NCBI GenBank assembly: GCA_965197475.1
Contig: CBDANF010000003.1
Span: forward strand, 3,232,001-3,296,000
Length of the DNA: 64,000 nt
Source of the DNA: Candidatus Poribacteria bacterium
GTDB taxonomy: Bacteria > Poribacteria > WGA-4E > WGA-3G
Direction: 5' to 3'
The notes under the pieces were generated by a model. It was not told where the DNA came from, ran no database searches, and saw only the letters and a list, made by a program, of their open reading frames with translations. Positions 62,501 to 64,000 of this stretch are shown here, piece by piece (position 1 is the first letter of the stretch; every line of letters begins with the position of its first letter). Both the position numbers and the translations under genes were made by a program.

Positions 62501-64000
62501 TCGTCAAAAATACCCGATGGCAAGGAATTCAAACCGTTGTCCCACAAACTGAGTTCTGTCAGTGAAGTGAGCTCGTCAAAGACATCTGATGGCAATGAAG
62601 TCAACAACGGATTTTTTTCTATCTCAAGTTTTGTCAGAGCGGTAAGATCATCGAAATCACTGGCTTTCAGGCTTACTGCCCCTGCATTGATTATTTCAAG
62701 TTCGGTAATAGCGGCAATATGTTCCGCAGTCACATCATTCGGAGAATTTACGCCCGGGATCGCAGCAACGATAGCATCTTGCACCTGTGGTGTACGTCCG
62801 GAGAGCAAATTAAGATTGTAATCTATGTACATATCAGGGTTGTTTTCAAGCAGCCTGAGGATTGGTGCCTGACTCACAATCGGGTTCCCAGCGATATGCA
62901 AATGTGTAAGTGATGTCACATTTTCAACGGCAGACATATCACCGATTTGATTGTTTTGCAGGTTAAGTTTTTTCAATACGGTATTATTGTCAAAAACACC
63001 CGATGGCAAAGAACTCAACCGGTTAGACGATAGGTTAAGGTTTTCCAGTGCGGTGAGCTCGTCAAAAACACCCGATGGCAAGGAAGTCAACCGGTTTCTC
63101 CATAGGTTGAGGTCTTTTAGTGCGGTGAGCTCGTCAAAAATACCCGACGGCAGAGAACTCAATTGGTTAATCGCAAGGTCAAGTTTTGTGAGTTCGGTGA
63201 GCCCATCAAAAACATCAGATGGCAAAGAAGTCAACTTGTTCTCAGACAGGTCAAGTTCTTTCAGTGCGGTGTTATTGTCAAAAACATCCGATGACAAGGA
63301 ACTTAACCAGTTAGACTCAAAGTTAATTTTTTCCAGTACGGTGAGCTCGTCAAAAATACCTGACAGCAAGGAACTTAACCGGTTTTGATGCAGGTGAAGG
63401 TTTTTCAGTGCGGTGAGCTCGTCAAAAATACCTGATGGCAAAGACCATAAACCGTTGCCGGGCAGCCAGAGTGTATCCAGTGCGGTGAGCTCGTCAAAAA
63501 CACCTGATGGCAAGGAACTCAAGCCGTTGTCCCACAGACTGAGTTCTGTCAGTGCGGTGAGTTCGTCAAAAATATCAGACGGCAAAGGCCCTAACGACTG
63601 ATTATGTTCTATCTCAAGTTTTGTCAGTCCGGTGAGCCCGTTGAAATCACCGGCATTCAGTCTAGTGAGCCCTACGCTATTTAGTTCAAGTTCGGTAATA
63701 GCGGCAAGGTGCGCCGCGGTAACATCAGCAGCGGAAGTTACACCCGACACTGCGGCAACAATAGCGTCGCGCACCTGCGGCGTGCGATTACTGAGGGGAC
63801 CCAGGTCATCGCCGCTCTCTGTGACGTTGATCCTCACAGTGATAGTATCGCTTCCGCCTTCCCCATCGGAGACAGTGATTGTCACCGTGTAGGTGCTCTT
63901 CGTGTCATAGTCAAGTTGATCCTTGGTTTGCAGCTGCCCTGTTGTGCTGACAATACCAAACGATGCAGCATCCGTGCCACTGAGCGTCCAAGTCAACGTG
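59530..64000 (-). CDS. Partial (5' end beyond the window) LRR-cadherin-Ig-dockerin protein with a FlgD-Ig/T9SS-like C-terminus
   Basis: 24-aa repeats LSSLPSGVFDELTAL..L.L..N; cadherin repeats; dockerin-like DVNEDGSVDATD...DVNWDNTVDADD; NYPNPFNPETWIPY. Confidence 0.9.
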   Translation of the reverse strand, partial: TLTWTLSGTDAASFGIVSTTGQLQTKDQLDYDTKSTYTVTITVSDGEGGSDTITVRINVTESGDDLGPLSNRTPQVRDAIVAAVSGVTSAADVTAAHLAAITELELNSVGLTRLNAGDFNGLTGLTKLEIEHNQSLGPLPSDIFDELTALTELSLWDNGLSSLPSGVFDELTALDTLWLPGNGLWSLPSGIFDELTALKNLHLHQNRLSSLLSGIFDELTVLEKINFESNWLSSLSSDVFDNNTALKELDLSENKLTSLPSDVFDGLTELTKLDLAINQLSSLPSGIFDELTALKDLNLWRNRLTSLPSGVFDELTALENLNLSSNRLSSLPSGVFDNNTVLKKLNLQNNQIGDMSAVENVTSLTHLHIAGNPIVSQAPILRLLENNPDMYIDYNLNLLSGRTPQVQDAIVAAIPGVNSPNDVTAEHIAAITELEIINAGAVSLKASDFDDLTALTKLEIEKNPLLTSLPSDVFDELTSLTELSLWDNGLNSLPSGIFDELTALEDLSLYENDLTSLPSDVFDGLTALKILDLQNNKIDDMSAVENVTSLTSLHISGNPISDYGPLRRLKQNNPNVNIDITIPPEESANNAPVFTDGESTTRSVAENTDAGENIGDPVSATDSDTSDTLTWTLSGTDAESFDIVDTTGQLQTSAALDYDTKNTYTVTITVSDGNGGTDTITVTINVTEVDDNIAPLSTDNRPGQNKQTDQDVDQVTNNAPVFTEGDSTTRAIDENTAADTNIGSAVTATDADNDPLEYTLGGYNAASFDIDSETGHLKTKAWLDYERKNSYTVTITVSDGSLTDSITVTINVNNVNDAPAFAIVSIVAAGSESPPVTRSVAENTAAGENIGTPVAAVDQENDTLMYTLSGDDASSFSIDSETGQLKTKAALDYETKTSYSVTITVSDGSLTDTIAVTINVTDVDDNRAPVFLLSNIIRSIEIDGDTAAGTNIGDPVSATDADNDTLTYTLGGTDAASFDIDSTTGQLQTTAAFISDTRSDYSVIVTATDGNGGSASVDVTVTATRRAPQVTNNAPVFQYGSSITLSINKGEEVGTSIRATDEDDDILTYSLGGTDASLFSLDEDHEYYLKSNAALDYDGKTSYSVTITVSDGNGGSDTTTVTITDPAPEVEIWTLIYREEPDWVLKLDTETGIVRASFSGLFVTSLFKHNSISFTRPPGVQFDNSFQVSVVFQEEVSGFEQSELTLTDNTAGATISGWRSQETWFGYVVDADIDVTMSGSVTFNVAAGAATDSAGQPNPVAESKTVTVTIELTDYPPWDVNEDGSVDATDSALVTAALGQTGEDIVNSRTDVNWDNTVDADDVTLVTYHIEDEEVAPSIIRAFSLLDKKTLEKLDPATLQGYLDILRTESDGSPRYLRAIAIVESVLAAIRPNKTQLLANYPNPFNPETWIPYHLAKASDVQITIYDARGAVVRQLDLGHQREGYYTHRSRAAHWEGKNDVGERVATGIYFYQLQADNVSFLRKMVILK

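Noticed and set aside
44945-63892. Many plus-strand ORFs overlapping the LRR and cadherin genes
   Set aside because: They are antisense shadows of repetitive coding sequence, with no RBS or recognisable domains.
42057-64000. Complete classical DGR within the window
   Set aside because: No reverse transcriptase, Avd or non-coding template repeat is seen, and framework adenines are not randomised. Retained only as a trans-acting hypothesis.

Overview
Bacterial chromosomal window. The likely source is a sponge-symbiont Candidatus Poribacteria-like organism; this is an inference from the PNPFNPETWIPY and 'GKFTTSW' C-termini, the BNR, PhyH and DUF1501 genes, and abundant GTAG-type REP palindromes. 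Bases 1-42 kb carry metabolic and housekeeping genes (TolC plus a periplasmic adaptor, YCF48-like propeller, Ogl-like lyase, oxidoreductases, HAL2-type phosphatase, family-4 UDG, GH36-like protein, rsmD, minCDE, larA-family, bioD, enolase-superfamily enzyme). These are interleaved with IS3 (two copies plus a fragment), IS5/ISL2-like (two copies plus a fragment), IS630, MITE-like and REP-like elements. A large STAND/NACHT NTPase gene, probably defensive, is broken three times. Bases 42-64 kb are a minus-strand array of four secreted LRR, cadherin and Ig-like proteins. The strongest signal lies there: 14 capped LRR cassettes with 87 counted repeats of about 66 bp. Their framework DNA is nearly invariant, while the concave-face codons vary mostly at codon positions 1-2 and recur in new combinations. 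This resembles a variable-lymphocyte-receptor-like diversified binding repertoire. No diversifying enzyme (reverse transcriptase or recombinase) is visible in the window.
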